NCBI GenBank assembly: GCA_034422795.1
Contig: DAOUJK010000022.1
Coordinates: 134,556 to 198,555, forward strand
Direction of reading: 5' to 3'
DNA: 64,000 bases
DNA from: Dehalococcoidia bacterium
GTDB taxonomy: Bacteria; Chloroflexota; Dehalococcoidia; Lucifugimonadales; Australimonadaceae
Of the stretch, positions 33,570-42,919 are shown piece after piece. The notes under the pieces are model-generated. The model saw only the letters and a program-made list of their open reading frames with translations, did no database searches and was not told where the DNA came from. The translations under genes were made by a program, and so were the position numbers. Positions within the stretch are counted from its first letter, which is position 1. The number at the start of each line of letters is the position of its first letter.

Positions 33570-36323
33570 GTGTGCGACTTGCTATTGCGCCTTCCAGCAT
33601 CGCTCTTCACGTTATGGGTCGGCCTGGCCGTCCTGGTATGCGCATGCGATGCGGCATCCGCATCTCCTTTCGAGCTGGACGCCAGAGCCAAACCGACACC
33701 CACCATTACCCCAACCCCTGCTCCCACATCCACCCCCGCAGTTACGCTCACACCGACGCCAACGCCTTCCCCGTCACCTTCTCCAACTCAACCACCAACA
33801 CCCACGCTGTCTCCAACCCAATCCCCCACTCCTTCGCCGTCACCGTCTCCAACCCCAACGCCCGCGCCTTCTCCCATCCCCACTTCAACCCCCCGTCCAA
33901 CGCCCACGCCTACAGCCACGGTCACGCCCATACCGCCGACCCCGTCCCTTACCCCAACGCCTACGTCCGCGCCTCCGCCCACACCCACGGCATCCCCTAC
34001 TCCGTCTCCGGTTCCTCCTTCGGTGCGGGAAGCGCGTCCTCCACGCCCTCCTACTCCCACCCCTACCCTTTCACCCATACCTACCCCTACCCCCACTCCT
34101 ACGCAGACACCCCAGGCCCCGCTTCCGGGAATGATTCGCGATTCCATCGGCGCGGGCAGCCTACACTCATGCGCCCTCCGCGCCGACGGTTCCCCCGTCT
34201 GCTGGGGGAACGACGAAAAGGGACAATCATCGCCACCCCCTGACCTCACGCTGATCACACTCGATCTGGGCGGAGCCTACTCCTGTGGCCTTGAGACCGA
34301 CGGTTCGCCCGTGTGCTGGGGTGAAGACGACAATGGTCAGGCGTCTGCGCCAACAACGGGAACATTCGCCTCTATCAGCGCAGGTTACCTCCACGCGTGC
34401 GCGCTGGACCTCGAGGGAAAGCCCATATGCTGGGGTGACAACGACAAGCAGCAATCGTCGCCGCCCGACGAGAAGTTGTTCACCGCGATAAGTTCCGGCG
34501 AAGAGCACACGTGCGCCCTGGAAGCAGATGGCACGCCGGTCTGTTGGGGAAGCAACGCCGCCGGACAATCGTCGCCCCCAGCAGACACAACGTTCTCCTC
34601 GGTAAGCGCAGGTTACCTGCATGCCTGTGGAATCAGGTCCAATGGGTCCGCTGTCTGCTGGGGGCGGAACGACCTGGGGCAGGCGTCGGCGCCGCAGAAC
34701 GAAGCATTCCAAGCAATCTCCGGGGGGCGGAGGCACACCTGTGCGCTCACGACGGACGGAGCGCCTGTCTGCTGGGGCTCCGACACGCACGGTCAGTCGA
34801 CGCCACCAGGAGGAGCGGTGTTCTCAGCGATAAGCGCGGGAGAGAGCCACACCTGCGCCATCACACAAGATGGCACACCCGTCTGCTGGGGCGACACGTC
34901 CGACGGAAGGTCCTCACCGCCCTCTCCGGGAACAAGCCCAACTCCGACGCCGACACCTACTCCATCCCTCACCCCCACTCCTACGCCTACCCCTACCCCC
35001 ACTCCTACGCTCACGCCGACCCCGACTGCCACTTCATCCCCCACACCTGCTCAGACGCCTACCCCTACCCCCACTCCTACACCCACACCAACCCCGACTG
35101 CCACTCCATCTCCAACGCCTACCCAGACGCCTACCCCTACCCCCACTCCTACACTCGCACCAACCCCGACCGCCACTCCATCTCCTACGCCTACCCAGAC
35201 GCCTACCCCTACCTCCACCCCTACGCTTACACCAACCCCGACTGCCACCCCATCTCCTACGCCTACTCAGACGCCTACCCCGATTGCGACACGAACGCCC
35301 TCTGCAACCGTGAGCATATCCTCGGATACCGTTGGTGCAGGCGCTTTTCACTCGTGCTCACTCAAGCCGGACGGCACACCCCTTTGTTGGGGAGACGACC
35401 ACAACGGCCAAGCGTCTCCCCCCTCGGACGTAACGTTGACCGCTATCAGCGTCGGTTCTGGACACACGTGCGGGCTGACGGCGGATGGCTCAGCCGTCTG
35501 TTGGGGAGAAGGGGAGTACGGTCGAACCTCCCCTCCCTCCGACAAGACGTTCACCGCTATCACCGCCGGCTACCTTCATACTTGCGCGTTGGAGAGCGAC
35601 GGTTCCCCTATCTGCTGGGGGGATAACGAGAAGAGTCAGTCGTCACCCCCCGAGAACAGTACGTTCACAGCGATAACCGCCGGGGAGACGCACACATGCG
35701 GCCTGCAGGCGAACGGAACCGCCGTCTGCTGGGGAGGCGTGGACAACGACCACGGCCAGGTCTCGCCACCGCCGGACACTACGTTCACAGCAATCAGCGC
35801 GGGCTACCTCCATACCTGTGGGATCAAGTCGGACGGCTCCATCGCCTGCTGGGGCCTGAACAACAAGAACCAGGTGTCCGACGTTCCGACGGGTCAGACC
35901 TTCATGTCGCTCTCATGCGGACGGCGGCACTCCTGTGCACTGACGTCCAACGGCACGCCTGTCTGTTGGGGTGAGGACGACGAAGGCCAGTCCACACCTC
36001 CTGCCGATGCGGAGTTCGCAGCGATCGGCGCAGGAGAGAAACACTCGTGTGCGTTGCAAGCGGATGGCACGCCTGTCTGCTGGGGAAAAGACGAGCATGG
36101 AAGACTGTCGCCGCCGACGGATATGGGTTCTATGAATCCCACACCCAGATACCTACTACTCGCCTTCCTGGGCCTGATGGCAGCTTCTCTCCCGAACAGA
36201 TCGATGACCAGAGCGCGCAAGAAGCTAGCGTCTTACGCGAGGAGGCGCGCACCCGGGCGAGACAATGTCCCTGGTCAGTATGCCGAAGGTCCCTTCCCGG
36301 TCAGTGCAACGGGGACAAGCTGA
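33570..36323 (+). CDS. Membrane-anchored surface protein with two 7-bladed RCC1-like beta-propellers separated by Pro/Thr linkers
   Basis: Hydrophobic N-terminus '[15 protein letters not shown]'. A PT linker spans aa ~40-185. There are 7 repeats of ~38 aa of the form 'G..H[ST]C[AG]L..DG.P.CWG.....GQ..PP' (aa ~190-450). A second PT linker spans aa ~451-585, followed by 7 more repeats. The C-terminus has a hydrophobic helix '[14 protein letters not shown]' and a basic tail. Confidence 0.8.
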   Translation: MCDLLLRLPASLFTLWVGLAVLVCACDAASASPFELDARAKPTPTITPTPAPTSTPAVTLTPTPTPSPSPSPTQPPTPTLSPTQSPTPSPSPSPTPTPAPSPIPTSTPRPTPTPTATVTPIPPTPSLTPTPTSAPPPTPTASPTPSPVPPSVREARPPRPPTPTPTLSPIPTPTPTPTQTPQAPLPGMIRDSIGAGSLHSCALRADGSPVCWGNDEKGQSSPPPDLTLITLDLGGAYSCGLETDGSPVCWGEDDNGQASAPTTGTFASISAGYLHACALDLEGKPICWGDNDKQQSSPPDEKLFTAISSGEEHTCALEADGTPVCWGSNAAGQSSPPADTTFSSVSAGYLHACGIRSNGSAVCWGRNDLGQASAPQNEAFQAISGGRRHTCALTTDGAPVCWGSDTHGQSTPPGGAVFSAISAGESHTCAITQDGTPVCWGDTSDGRSSPPSPGTSPTPTPTPTPSLTPTPTPTPTPTPTLTPTPTATSSPTPAQTPTPTPTPTPTPTPTATPSPTPTQTPTPTPTPTLAPTPTATPSPTPTQTPTPTSTPTLTPTPTATPSPTPTQTPTPIATRTPSATVSISSDTVGAGAFHSCSLKPDGTPLCWGDDHNGQASPPSDVTLTAISVGSGHTCGLTADGSAVCWGEGEYGRTSPPSDKTFTAITAGYLHTCALESDGSPICWGDNEKSQSSPPENSTFTAITAGETHTCGLQANGTAVCWGGVDNDHGQVSPPPDTTFTAISAGYLHTCGIKSDGSIACWGLNNKNQVSDVPTGQTFMSLSCGRRHSCALTSNGTPVCWGEDDEGQSTPPADAEFAAIGAGEKHSCALQADGTPVCWGKDEHGRLSPPTDMGSMNPTPRYLLLAFLGLMAASLPNRSMTRARKKLASYARRRAPGRDNVPGQYAEGPFPVSATGTS
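35025..35294 (+). repeat. Coding tandem repeat, 72-nt unit x ~3.75 ([24 protein letters not shown])
   Basis: The 24-aa units start at aa 486, 510, 534 and 558 of the RCC1-like protein. The copies are near-identical at DNA level. Confidence 0.8.
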
Positions 36324-36435
36324 GAGTAAGCTCGCTGTGGGGTCGATGGCGCTGTGTGCCGGGCGAACAGCGGAACGCCCGGCGGTTGTGGCCGTATACG
36401 GCCCGCCCTATGATGCACGCGGCAGGAGGTGTGGC

Positions 36436-37182
36436 ATGGCGCATCGCATCGTCTCACTGCACGCGGGATACGACGGCCCCAACGGGTTCGTTGACGGCTA
36501 CGTCGGCCGGCCAGCGGACAGGGGCCCGTATCCGGGGCTCGTGGTGATCTCCGGCATGGGCGGGCTCAACTGGTTCCAGCGGGAGATCACGCGGACGTTC
36601 GCGCGCGCCGGGTTCGTCGCTCTCTCCCCGGACCTGTTCGACGGTGTGCTGCCCCAGGGGCACGCCACGCAGTTGCGCTACAAGAACTCGCTGGACGTGG
36701 AGCGCACGGTGGAGAACCTGAGCGCGGGCGCAGACTTCCTGCGCTCCCTGCCCTGGACGGCGGACGACGCGCCGGTGGGCGTGGTGGGGTTCTGTCTCGG
36801 CGGCGGGCTGGTCCTGCTGTCGCTGGCGCGTACGAGCACCTTCGGCGCCGGGGTCGTCTACTACCACAGCCTGTTCCCCGACCCCGAGGAACTCGATAAC
36901 ATCCACGCGCCGATGATGTGCCACTACGGCACGCAGGACCACACGACGCCGATCGAAGAGATCGAGGCATTCCGCGAAACGCTCGACCGGTACGAGAAGC
37001 AGTATGAGCTGTTCATGTATGAGGGCGTGGGGCATTCGTTCCTGAACCCGAGGCAGGACTCGTCGGCGCAGCGCGAGGCAGCAGCAACGGAATCGCTGGA
37101 GCGCACGTTCGCCTTCTTCCGGCATCACCTGGGCGTACCCGCGCCCGCAGCAGAGCAGGACGAGACGCTGGGTGAGCCGTGA
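36436..37182 (+). CDS. Dienelactone hydrolase family protein
   Basis: 'PGLVVISGMGGL', nucleophile elbow 'VVGFCLGG' and 'YEGVGHSF'. ATG at 36436 is preceded by AGGAGG. Confidence 0.82.
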   Translation: MAHRIVSLHAGYDGPNGFVDGYVGRPADRGPYPGLVVISGMGGLNWFQREITRTFARAGFVALSPDLFDGVLPQGHATQLRYKNSLDVERTVENLSAGADFLRSLPWTADDAPVGVVGFCLGGGLVLLSLARTSTFGAGVVYYHSLFPDPEELDNIHAPMMCHYGTQDHTTPIEEIEAFRETLDRYEKQYELFMYEGVGHSFLNPRQDSSAQREAAATESLERTFAFFRHHLGVPAPAAEQDETLGEP

Positions 37183-38429
37183 GGCTGTTCGGCGGCCTCT
37201 TCGAGTTCTTCGAGGCGCTGCGTTACCGGGAATTCCGGTTCTTCTGGTTCGGGCTGGTGGCGCAGGTTACCGGCCAGCAGATGACTATCGTCACGCTGGG
37301 ATGGCTGGCCTTCGACCTCACCCAGTCGCCCTTGGCGCTCGGCTTCATCAACCTCGTGACCGCAGCACCCCGCATCGCCGTCAACATCGCAGGCGGGGTG
37401 CTTGCCGACCGTTTCGACCCACGTACGCTCATCACCGCAGCACAGACGATCTCCCTGATCATGCTGGTGGCGCTCGCGGTGCTCACGTTGACCGACCGGG
37501 CGGCGATATGGAACCTGGCGGCGGTGGCGCTCGTGATAGGGCTGGTCCAGTCGTTCGACGAACCCGCGCGGGCGTCGCTCTTTCCGCGCCTGCTTCCTGA
37601 CCGGTCGCTCATCCCGATAGCGGTGCCGCTGACGTCGGTGGCATGGTCATCGACGCGCATCGTGGCGCCGTCCGTCGCTGGATTCGTCATCGCAGCGGCC
37701 GGCGCAGGGCCCAGCTTCCTGGTCGCCGCCGCGGGCGCTGCCGCGATGGCTACGGCGATGCGGCTGGTGCATCCCCAGCCCGGAGCCGGCGGGAGGCGCG
37801 GGACGATGCTGGCCGACCTCAAGGTCGGCGCAGCCTACGTGTGGGCCCACCCGGTCTTCCGACCGCTGCTGCTGATGGCGCTGGCGGTCTCGGCCTTCGG
37901 ACAGGGGTTCATGCTGACCTTCCCGGTGTTCCAGGCAGAGGTCTACGACGTAGGCCCGCGGGAGCTGGGGCTCATGTACTCGTCGGCGGGCGGTGGAGCG
38001 CTGGCGGGGCTATACGCCTACTCGCGCTACTTCAGGAAGCGGGGAGCAGGCCACGTACTGGTGGGAGCGTCAGGCTCGTTCGGGGTGATGCTCGCGGTGT
38101 TCGCGCTGACACCGTGGTTCGAAGCAGCCCTCGTGCTGCTGTTCATCACCGGCGCCATGGGAGTGCTGCAGACCACGACGGGGCAGGTGATCCTGCAGAC
38201 GCTCGTGGACGACAGCTTGCGCGGGCGCGTGCTGGCGCTGCACGGGGTCCACTGGGGGCTGCTCCCGGTTGGCGGTGCGGCGATGAACGCCGTCGCACAG
38301 ATCACCGGGGCGCCCATAGCCGTTGCTGGAGCGGGGGCGCTGCTGGTCGGCTCCGTGGTGATGATCGCGCTACGAGGGGCGGCGCTGCGCAATGTCACGA
38401 TCCCCCAGATCGAGGCCGCGCGGGCCTAG
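37179..38429 (+). CDS. MFS transporter
   Basis: 416 aa with many hydrophobic segments. 'FRFFWFGLVAQVTGQQM' and 'GVLADRFDPR' are typical of the enterobactin-exporter-like MFS_3 type. The GTG start overlaps the upstream stop. Confidence 0.8.
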   Translation: MRLFGGLFEFFEALRYREFRFFWFGLVAQVTGQQMTIVTLGWLAFDLTQSPLALGFINLVTAAPRIAVNIAGGVLADRFDPRTLITAAQTISLIMLVALAVLTLTDRAAIWNLAAVALVIGLVQSFDEPARASLFPRLLPDRSLIPIAVPLTSVAWSSTRIVAPSVAGFVIAAAGAGPSFLVAAAGAAAMATAMRLVHPQPGAGGRRGTMLADLKVGAAYVWAHPVFRPLLLMALAVSAFGQGFMLTFPVFQAEVYDVGPRELGLMYSSAGGGALAGLYAYSRYFRKRGAGHVLVGASGSFGVMLAVFALTPWFEAALVLLFITGAMGVLQTTTGQVILQTLVDDSLRGRVLALHGVHWGLLPVGGAAMNAVAQITGAPIAVAGAGALLVGSVVMIALRGAALRNVTIPQIEAARA

Positions 38430-38496
38430 AGAGAGCCGGACCGCCATAGGTCCTTCACCACGAGGAAGAACTGGCCTTCCTGTTCGTGGGTGTGAA

Positions 38497-38730
38497 TCAG
38501 GGTGCGGGGGCCGCGGCAGGTCGCTTCGCCTTCCTGGACTTCAAGTGCTCGTGCACGGCATCGCGTACTACGTCGGAGAGATACTTCCCTTCCTGGTCCG
38601 CCACGGCGCAAAGAGCATCCATCTCTTCGGCGGATAAGCGGAGGGAAACGACACCAGTCGTGCGGTCTTCGTGGCTGCGGGCCTGCTCCGTGACGTCACG
38701 TCCCAAGACGTAATCGCTACGTTCACCCAT
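38497..38730 (-). CDS. Ribbon-helix-helix antitoxin (BrnA/CopG-like)
   Basis: 'VVSLRLSAEEMDALCAVADQEGKYLSDVVRDAVHEHL' has an RHH pattern. ATG at 38730 is preceded by GGAGAGGGGG and lies 4 nt after the upstream gene's stop. Confidence 0.6.
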   Translation of the reverse strand: MGERSDYVLGRDVTEQARSHEDRTTGVVSLRLSAEEMDALCAVADQEGKYLSDVVRDAVHEHLKSRKAKRPAAAPAP

Positions 38731-38734
38731 CGTG

Positions 38735-39082
38735 TCACCCCCTCTCCGCGTACCGTTGTCTGTGATGTGCATTCGCCTCGAATGCCGTCACCGGACGCCA
38801 AGCTCCCCAGCGGTGTGTTGGCTCCAGCGGAGCAACAACGATTCTACCTGCTCGCGTCGGGCCGAGCATGATGATCGGCGCGCGCCGCTCCCCGATGTTC
38901 TCAAAGAACCGTGGAGTCTCCTTCAATACCTCCCGTATCTCTTGCTCAGAGACTCTGTGCTTCTCGTAGCCACGCTGTTCCACTGCCATGTGCTCTGCAA
39001 AGGCGTCGTCGAAATCGAGCTCCGCCACTCTGCCGTAAGCCTCGAACAGTCCATCCAGCGATTGCCCGCGACCGGTGGCCAT
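38735..39082 (-). CDS. BrnT-like (DUF497-like) toxin candidate
   Basis: 115 aa. 'HRVSEQEIREVL...GPTRAGRIVVAPLEP...WRPVTAFEANAHHRQRYAE' resembles the BrnT layout (H.V..EE.E..., G.T..GR.L.V, R.I.A..A...E...Y). Toxin-first gene order, as in brnTA. Confidence 0.5.
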   Translation of the reverse strand: MATGRGQSLDGLFEAYGRVAELDFDDAFAEHMAVEQRGYEKHRVSEQEIREVLKETPRFFENIGERRAPIIMLGPTRAGRIVVAPLEPTHRWGAWRPVTAFEANAHHRQRYAERG

Positions 39083-39109
39083 AGCGGCGGCTGATCGTCT
39101 CCGGCCCTC

Positions 39110-40279
39110 CTACAGCCCCCGGCCTGCCGTGGCGTCGAGGACGGCGCCCTGCTCCTCCGAGGAGTCGTACTCCCACTTGTAGTGAGGATCCTGGTATGCC
39201 CCCTCCGGCATGAGGCTCTCCAGGCCACGCTTGCCGAGCTCTTCCTCGAACATCTCGCGGATCCAGGACTCCTCGTTGGGGTACTCCACTTGGTCCAGCA
39301 GCGGGTTCATGCGGTTGCTGAGGCCGCGCATCTGGCGGATCGGTGAGAGCGCGAGGTAACGCGCGGGCTCCACGCTTACGTTGAAGTGCTGGTGGAACCA
39401 GCGGTTGGGCGGCACGAACATGCTGGCCTCGTGCCACGGAACGATGATCTTCTCTTCGCCCTCCGGCCACATGATGGAGTAGCCCTCGCCTGCGGGGATG
39501 ATGATGACGACGCCCGGGCCGTGGCGATGCGCCTTCTTGTAGGTGCCCGGCGGGAAGACGGACATGTGCCCGCCCATCTCCGAGTGCGGGAACTGGATGT
39601 CCACGACGTGGCCGCCGCCCCCGCGCTGGCGGTGCGGGACGAGGCCGCTCCACGCAGCGAGATCGGTGAAGAAGTTGCCGAACCAGCTTGCGCCGCGTCC
39701 GCCCGGCGCGCGCTTGGCGACCGAGTACAACTCGTCCTCGGAGGTCTCGAGAAGGCCGGGGTCCTCATAGGTGCTGTTGAAGAAGTACGTGGGGTCGGGG
39801 ACGAGGGACATGGCAACCGGCAGGTATGTGTTGGCGATGAGTCGCGCAGGACGGTCGCCTCGGGCGTTCGCGAACTGGCGCACCGCGCCGCGGGGGATGA
39901 CGAAGAGGCTGCGCGGGCCGAACTCGAACGTCCTGCGTTCGACTCCTTCCGCCCACACCGTGGCGAGCCCCTGGCCCTCGGCCACGTAGAAGACCTCATC
40001 AAGGGCAAAGCGCACAGGGTTGGTGGAACCTCCCGGCGGAATCTCGGTGATGCGGGCATCGGCGACGCCCTCCATGCCCTCGAGCTGGATGAAGGCGGCG
40101 TTGCAGCCCATCTCCGGCCACGGGGCGACATCCAGGTTGCGGACGTCTTCCACGTAGTAGCCCCTGTGGACGGGCAGGTCCAGCGATTCGACCCACTGGT
40201 CGTACGGGAGCTGCTTCGCTCGCGCGTCCGTGTCTATGTCCACTTTCCCGATCGTTGCGACGTCTGTCTGCTGCGCCAT
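39110..40279 (-). CDS. Bicupin protein (gentisate 1,2-dioxygenase-like fold)
   Basis: 389 aa with two cupin modules: 'ITEIPPGGSTNPVRFALDEVFYVAEGQG' and 'MSVFPPGTYKKAHRHGPGVVIIIPAGEGYS'. The substrate cannot be inferred. Confidence 0.6.
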   Translation of the reverse strand: MAQQTDVATIGKVDIDTDARAKQLPYDQWVESLDLPVHRGYYVEDVRNLDVAPWPEMGCNAAFIQLEGMEGVADARITEIPPGGSTNPVRFALDEVFYVAEGQGLATVWAEGVERRTFEFGPRSLFVIPRGAVRQFANARGDRPARLIANTYLPVAMSLVPDPTYFFNSTYEDPGLLETSEDELYSVAKRAPGGRGASWFGNFFTDLAAWSGLVPHRQRGGGGHVVDIQFPHSEMGGHMSVFPPGTYKKAHRHGPGVVIIIPAGEGYSIMWPEGEEKIIVPWHEASMFVPPNRWFHQHFNVSVEPARYLALSPIRQMRGLSNRMNPLLDQVEYPNEESWIREMFEEELGKRGLESLMPEGAYQDPHYKWEYDSSEEQGAVLDATAGRGL

Positions 40280-40630
40280 GGTTCTCCTCCGAGCCTGTCA
40301 GGCTTCCGGTTGGACTCTCGCTCGCTGCGCGCGATTCGTCAAGCGGGGCCGGGCTGCCTCCAGCGAGCCCGACATAACGCGACAGCGATCCGACAGGCAA
40401 CCCGACGTTCTCCAACACAGTTCGACACTATCCGACACCTACTCGACAGCCCGTTCACTCCTGAAGAGGGGTTCTGTCAGGAATGGCATGAGCGTCGACT
40501 TTCTTGAAAGTGTCGGATTGTGTCGATTCCTGCGTAGCGCCTCGCGGACGCGGCGCCGCCAATCACCAGCGTACCGTCCGGGCGGGCGTTCGCGTAAGGG
40601 GCGGATGTCACAGGTTGACAGACCGGGCTG

Positions 40631-40727
40631 TGCGGAGATTAATGGAGCTATTCTCCGCAGAATATACGGAGAATAGCTTGCGCCTGGCGGAGATCAGCGG
40701 CTATAATCTCCGCGTATGGTGCGGAGA
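40631..40727 (+). promoter_or_regulatory. Operator-like array of GCGGAGA half-sites with embedded TATAAT, upstream of and overlapping the fic start
   Basis: Six GCGGAGA/TCTCCGC half-sites are present. They include two perfect inverted repeats: 'ctattctccg-N9-cggagaatag' (40648-40676) and 'gcggagat-N11-atctccgc' (40687-40713). 'tataat' is at 40702-40707, 9 nt before the ATG at 40716. Confidence 0.55.
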
Positions 40728-41828
40728 AAACACACGCGGTACATACACCAGGAGGCGGACTGGCCCAACTTCCGGTGGGAGCCGGAAGGGCTGGTCGAGC
40801 CGCTGGCTGCGATGCGGCACCGGCAGGGACGGCTGGTGGGCCGCATGAGCGCGCTCGGGTTCGACTTCCGCCAGGAGGCCGTGCTCGGCACGCTGACCGA
40901 GGACGTGGTGAAGAGCAGCGAGATCGAGGGCGAGGTGCTGGAAGTCGAGCAGGTGCGGTCGTCGGTCGCACGGCGGCTCGGCATGGACACCGGGGGGCTG
41001 CTGCACGTGGACCGCAACGTCGAAGGCATCGTCGAACTGATGCTGGACGCGACCGAGCACTACGACCAGCCTCTGACCGAGGATCGGCTGTTCGACTGGC
41101 ACGCCTCTCTCTTCCCCACGGGGCGGAACAACACGGGACGGATCGAGGTGGGTTGCTGGCGCACCGGCCCCATGGAGGTCGTCTCCGGAGCTATCGGGCG
41201 GGAGCGGGTGCACTTCGAAGCGCCGTCCGAGAAGCGGGTCGCCGAGGAGATGCAGGCATTCCTGGGCTGGTTCAACGCACCCGCAGACACGGACGAGGTG
41301 CTCAAGGCAGGCCTGGCCCATCTCTGGTTCGTGACGGTACACCCGTTCGACGACGGGAACGGACGTATCGTCAGAGCGATAGCCGACATGGCGCTCGCCC
41401 GCTCCGAGGGCAGCCCGCAACGCTTCTACAGCACGTCGTCCCAGATCATGAAGGAGCGGCACGCCTATTACGACGTGCTGGAGCGGACGCAGCAGGGCAC
41501 GATGGACGTGTCCGAGTGGATGCACTGGTTCGTGGGCTGCCTGGGCCGGGCGATAGACGGCACGGAGACGACCCTGGCGGCCGTGCTCACGAAGGCCCGG
41601 TTCTGGGAGCGGGTCAGGGGTATATCCATCAACGAGCGCCAACGGACCGCGGTCAACCACCTGTTGGACGACTTCGGCAGCAGGCTCACCACGTCCCAGT
41701 GGGCGAGGATGACGCGGTGCTCGCAGGACACCGCGCTGCGCGACATCACCGACCTGATGGAGCGCGGTCTGCTCGTACGCAACCCGGAGGGAGGACGGAG
41801 CACGAGCTACGCGCTTGCAGACGGCTGA
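40716..41828 (+). CDS. Fic family protein (class II, DUF4172 N-terminal domain, C-terminal winged helix)
   Basis: Fic motif 'HPFDDGNGRIVRA'. The N-terminus 'YIHQEADWPNFRW' is DUF4172-like. An inhibitory-helix motif S-x-x-x-E-G is present as 'SSEIEG'. The C-terminal 'DTALRDITDLMERGLLVR' is wHTH-like. Confidence 0.88.
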   Translation: MVRRKHTRYIHQEADWPNFRWEPEGLVEPLAAMRHRQGRLVGRMSALGFDFRQEAVLGTLTEDVVKSSEIEGEVLEVEQVRSSVARRLGMDTGGLLHVDRNVEGIVELMLDATEHYDQPLTEDRLFDWHASLFPTGRNNTGRIEVGCWRTGPMEVVSGAIGRERVHFEAPSEKRVAEEMQAFLGWFNAPADTDEVLKAGLAHLWFVTVHPFDDGNGRIVRAIADMALARSEGSPQRFYSTSSQIMKERHAYYDVLERTQQGTMDVSEWMHWFVGCLGRAIDGTETTLAAVLTKARFWERVRGISINERQRTAVNHLLDDFGSRLTTSQWARMTRCSQDTALRDITDLMERGLLVRNPEGGRSTSYALADG

Positions 41829-41835
41829 ACGCTCC

Positions 41836-42561
41836 TCACCTCTCGTCGGGTTGGACTTGGGGTTGCAGCACCACGACGTCGTAGCCGAGCGCGGCGAGCG
41901 AGGCGTCGTCCGTGTCGAAGAGCTCAGCCTCGAAACGCGGGGCGGGGCGAACGTTGCCGCCGAGTACGGGCAGCGTGCCCGAGAAGACGACGGTGCCGGC
42001 ATCGGGGTCCGGGCCGACGAGTTCGAGGAGCCGCTCGGGGCGGATGAGCTGGGAGAGCGTTCCATGCTGATAGTCCTCGAGTTCGCCGCTCTCGCGTACC
42101 CTGCTCCGGAGGCGCAGGTCGTCCCACCGGGGCATCAGGTCGTCGAGGCGCCAGACCTGCCTGCTGAGAATCTTGGGGTAGACCTGCTTGGACTTCTCGA
42201 TGTCGAGGCTCTCCAGGCCGCGGTCCGTATGGTCGCTGCCGATACAGACGAAGACGTCGTCCCTGCCGATGAGCAGCACGTACTCCGCTTCGCCGGACGA
42301 CGTGCCGTCGTACGCCCAGACCGTCCCGTCCACCTGGAGCACCCGCGGGTCCGCGACGAATATCCACGGCACGTGGGCCGGGCGCGGCACGCCCAGGAGC
42401 GCAAGCTCGGCGATGTGCTCCTCCACGGCCGCCGGGTCGCGGCCCGTGTAGCCTCCGGCCAACAGCCTGCGCGCGGTGAAGCGCATCGGCGTTCCCGTGT
42501 GGTCGAACGTGAGCGTCCGGCTGGGTCTCCTCACCGGTGCTGCCATCCCTTCACCGCTCAT
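41836..42561 (-). CDS. DUF2848 domain-containing protein
   Basis: 'LTFDHTGTPMRFTARRLLAGGYTGRD...VPWIFVADP...SSGEAEYVLL...IGSDHTDR' matches my recollection of DUF2848. ATG at 42561 (GAGGTG RBS) is preferred over 42612. Confidence 0.65.
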   Translation of the reverse strand: MSGEGMAAPVRRPSRTLTFDHTGTPMRFTARRLLAGGYTGRDPAAVEEHIAELALLGVPRPAHVPWIFVADPRVLQVDGTVWAYDGTSSGEAEYVLLIGRDDVFVCIGSDHTDRGLESLDIEKSKQVYPKILSRQVWRLDDLMPRWDDLRLRSRVRESGELEDYQHGTLSQLIRPERLLELVGPDPDAGTVVFSGTLPVLGGNVRPAPRFEAELFDTDDASLAALGYDVVVLQPQVQPDER

Positions 42562-42901
42562 AGTGCCGCACCTCAAACGTCCGACAGCCGTCCGGCGATA
42601 TCCAGGGGCCATGGGGCATGCCGGGCGGCCTGCAGGCGTACATGCCGGCGGTGAACGTCTCGTTCAGCGGGATGTCGTGGATGCTGCCCTCGATGATCCA
42701 GACCTCCTCCCAGAAGTCGTGCACCTGGGGGCCCATGGGCGACGTATCCGTCCCCGGCTCGAAGCGCAGCAGACGGGTGTAGTCGCCGGTCTCCTCGTCG
42801 CGGGACAGTATCTGCTGGCTGAGCCCCTGCACCGGCGGGATCGGCTCGCTGGGGATGCCGGACGGGTCGAAGAACTCCAACTCGGGTTTCGCCACGTTCA
42901 A
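42551..42901 (-). CDS. Cupin domain-containing protein
   Basis: 116 aa. 'HDFWEEVWIIEGSIHD' and 'GMYACRPPGMPHGP' suggest a single cupin barrel. TTG start. Confidence 0.6.
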   Translation of the reverse strand: MNVAKPELEFFDPSGIPSEPIPPVQGLSQQILSRDEETGDYTRLLRFEPGTDTSPMGPQVHDFWEEVWIIEGSIHDIPLNETFTAGMYACRPPGMPHGPWISPDGCRTFEVRHYER

Positions 42902-42919
42902 ACTCCTCTCTTACGTTCC

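Noticed and set aside
33508-36323. Alternative-frame ORFs across the PT-rich regions (33508-34134, 33572-34243, 34511-35626, 34870-35313) as separate proline-rich proteins
   Set aside because: They are frame shadows of the low-complexity PT-linker DNA of the RCC1-like gene. Only the 33570-36323 frame contains the 14 structured repeats.
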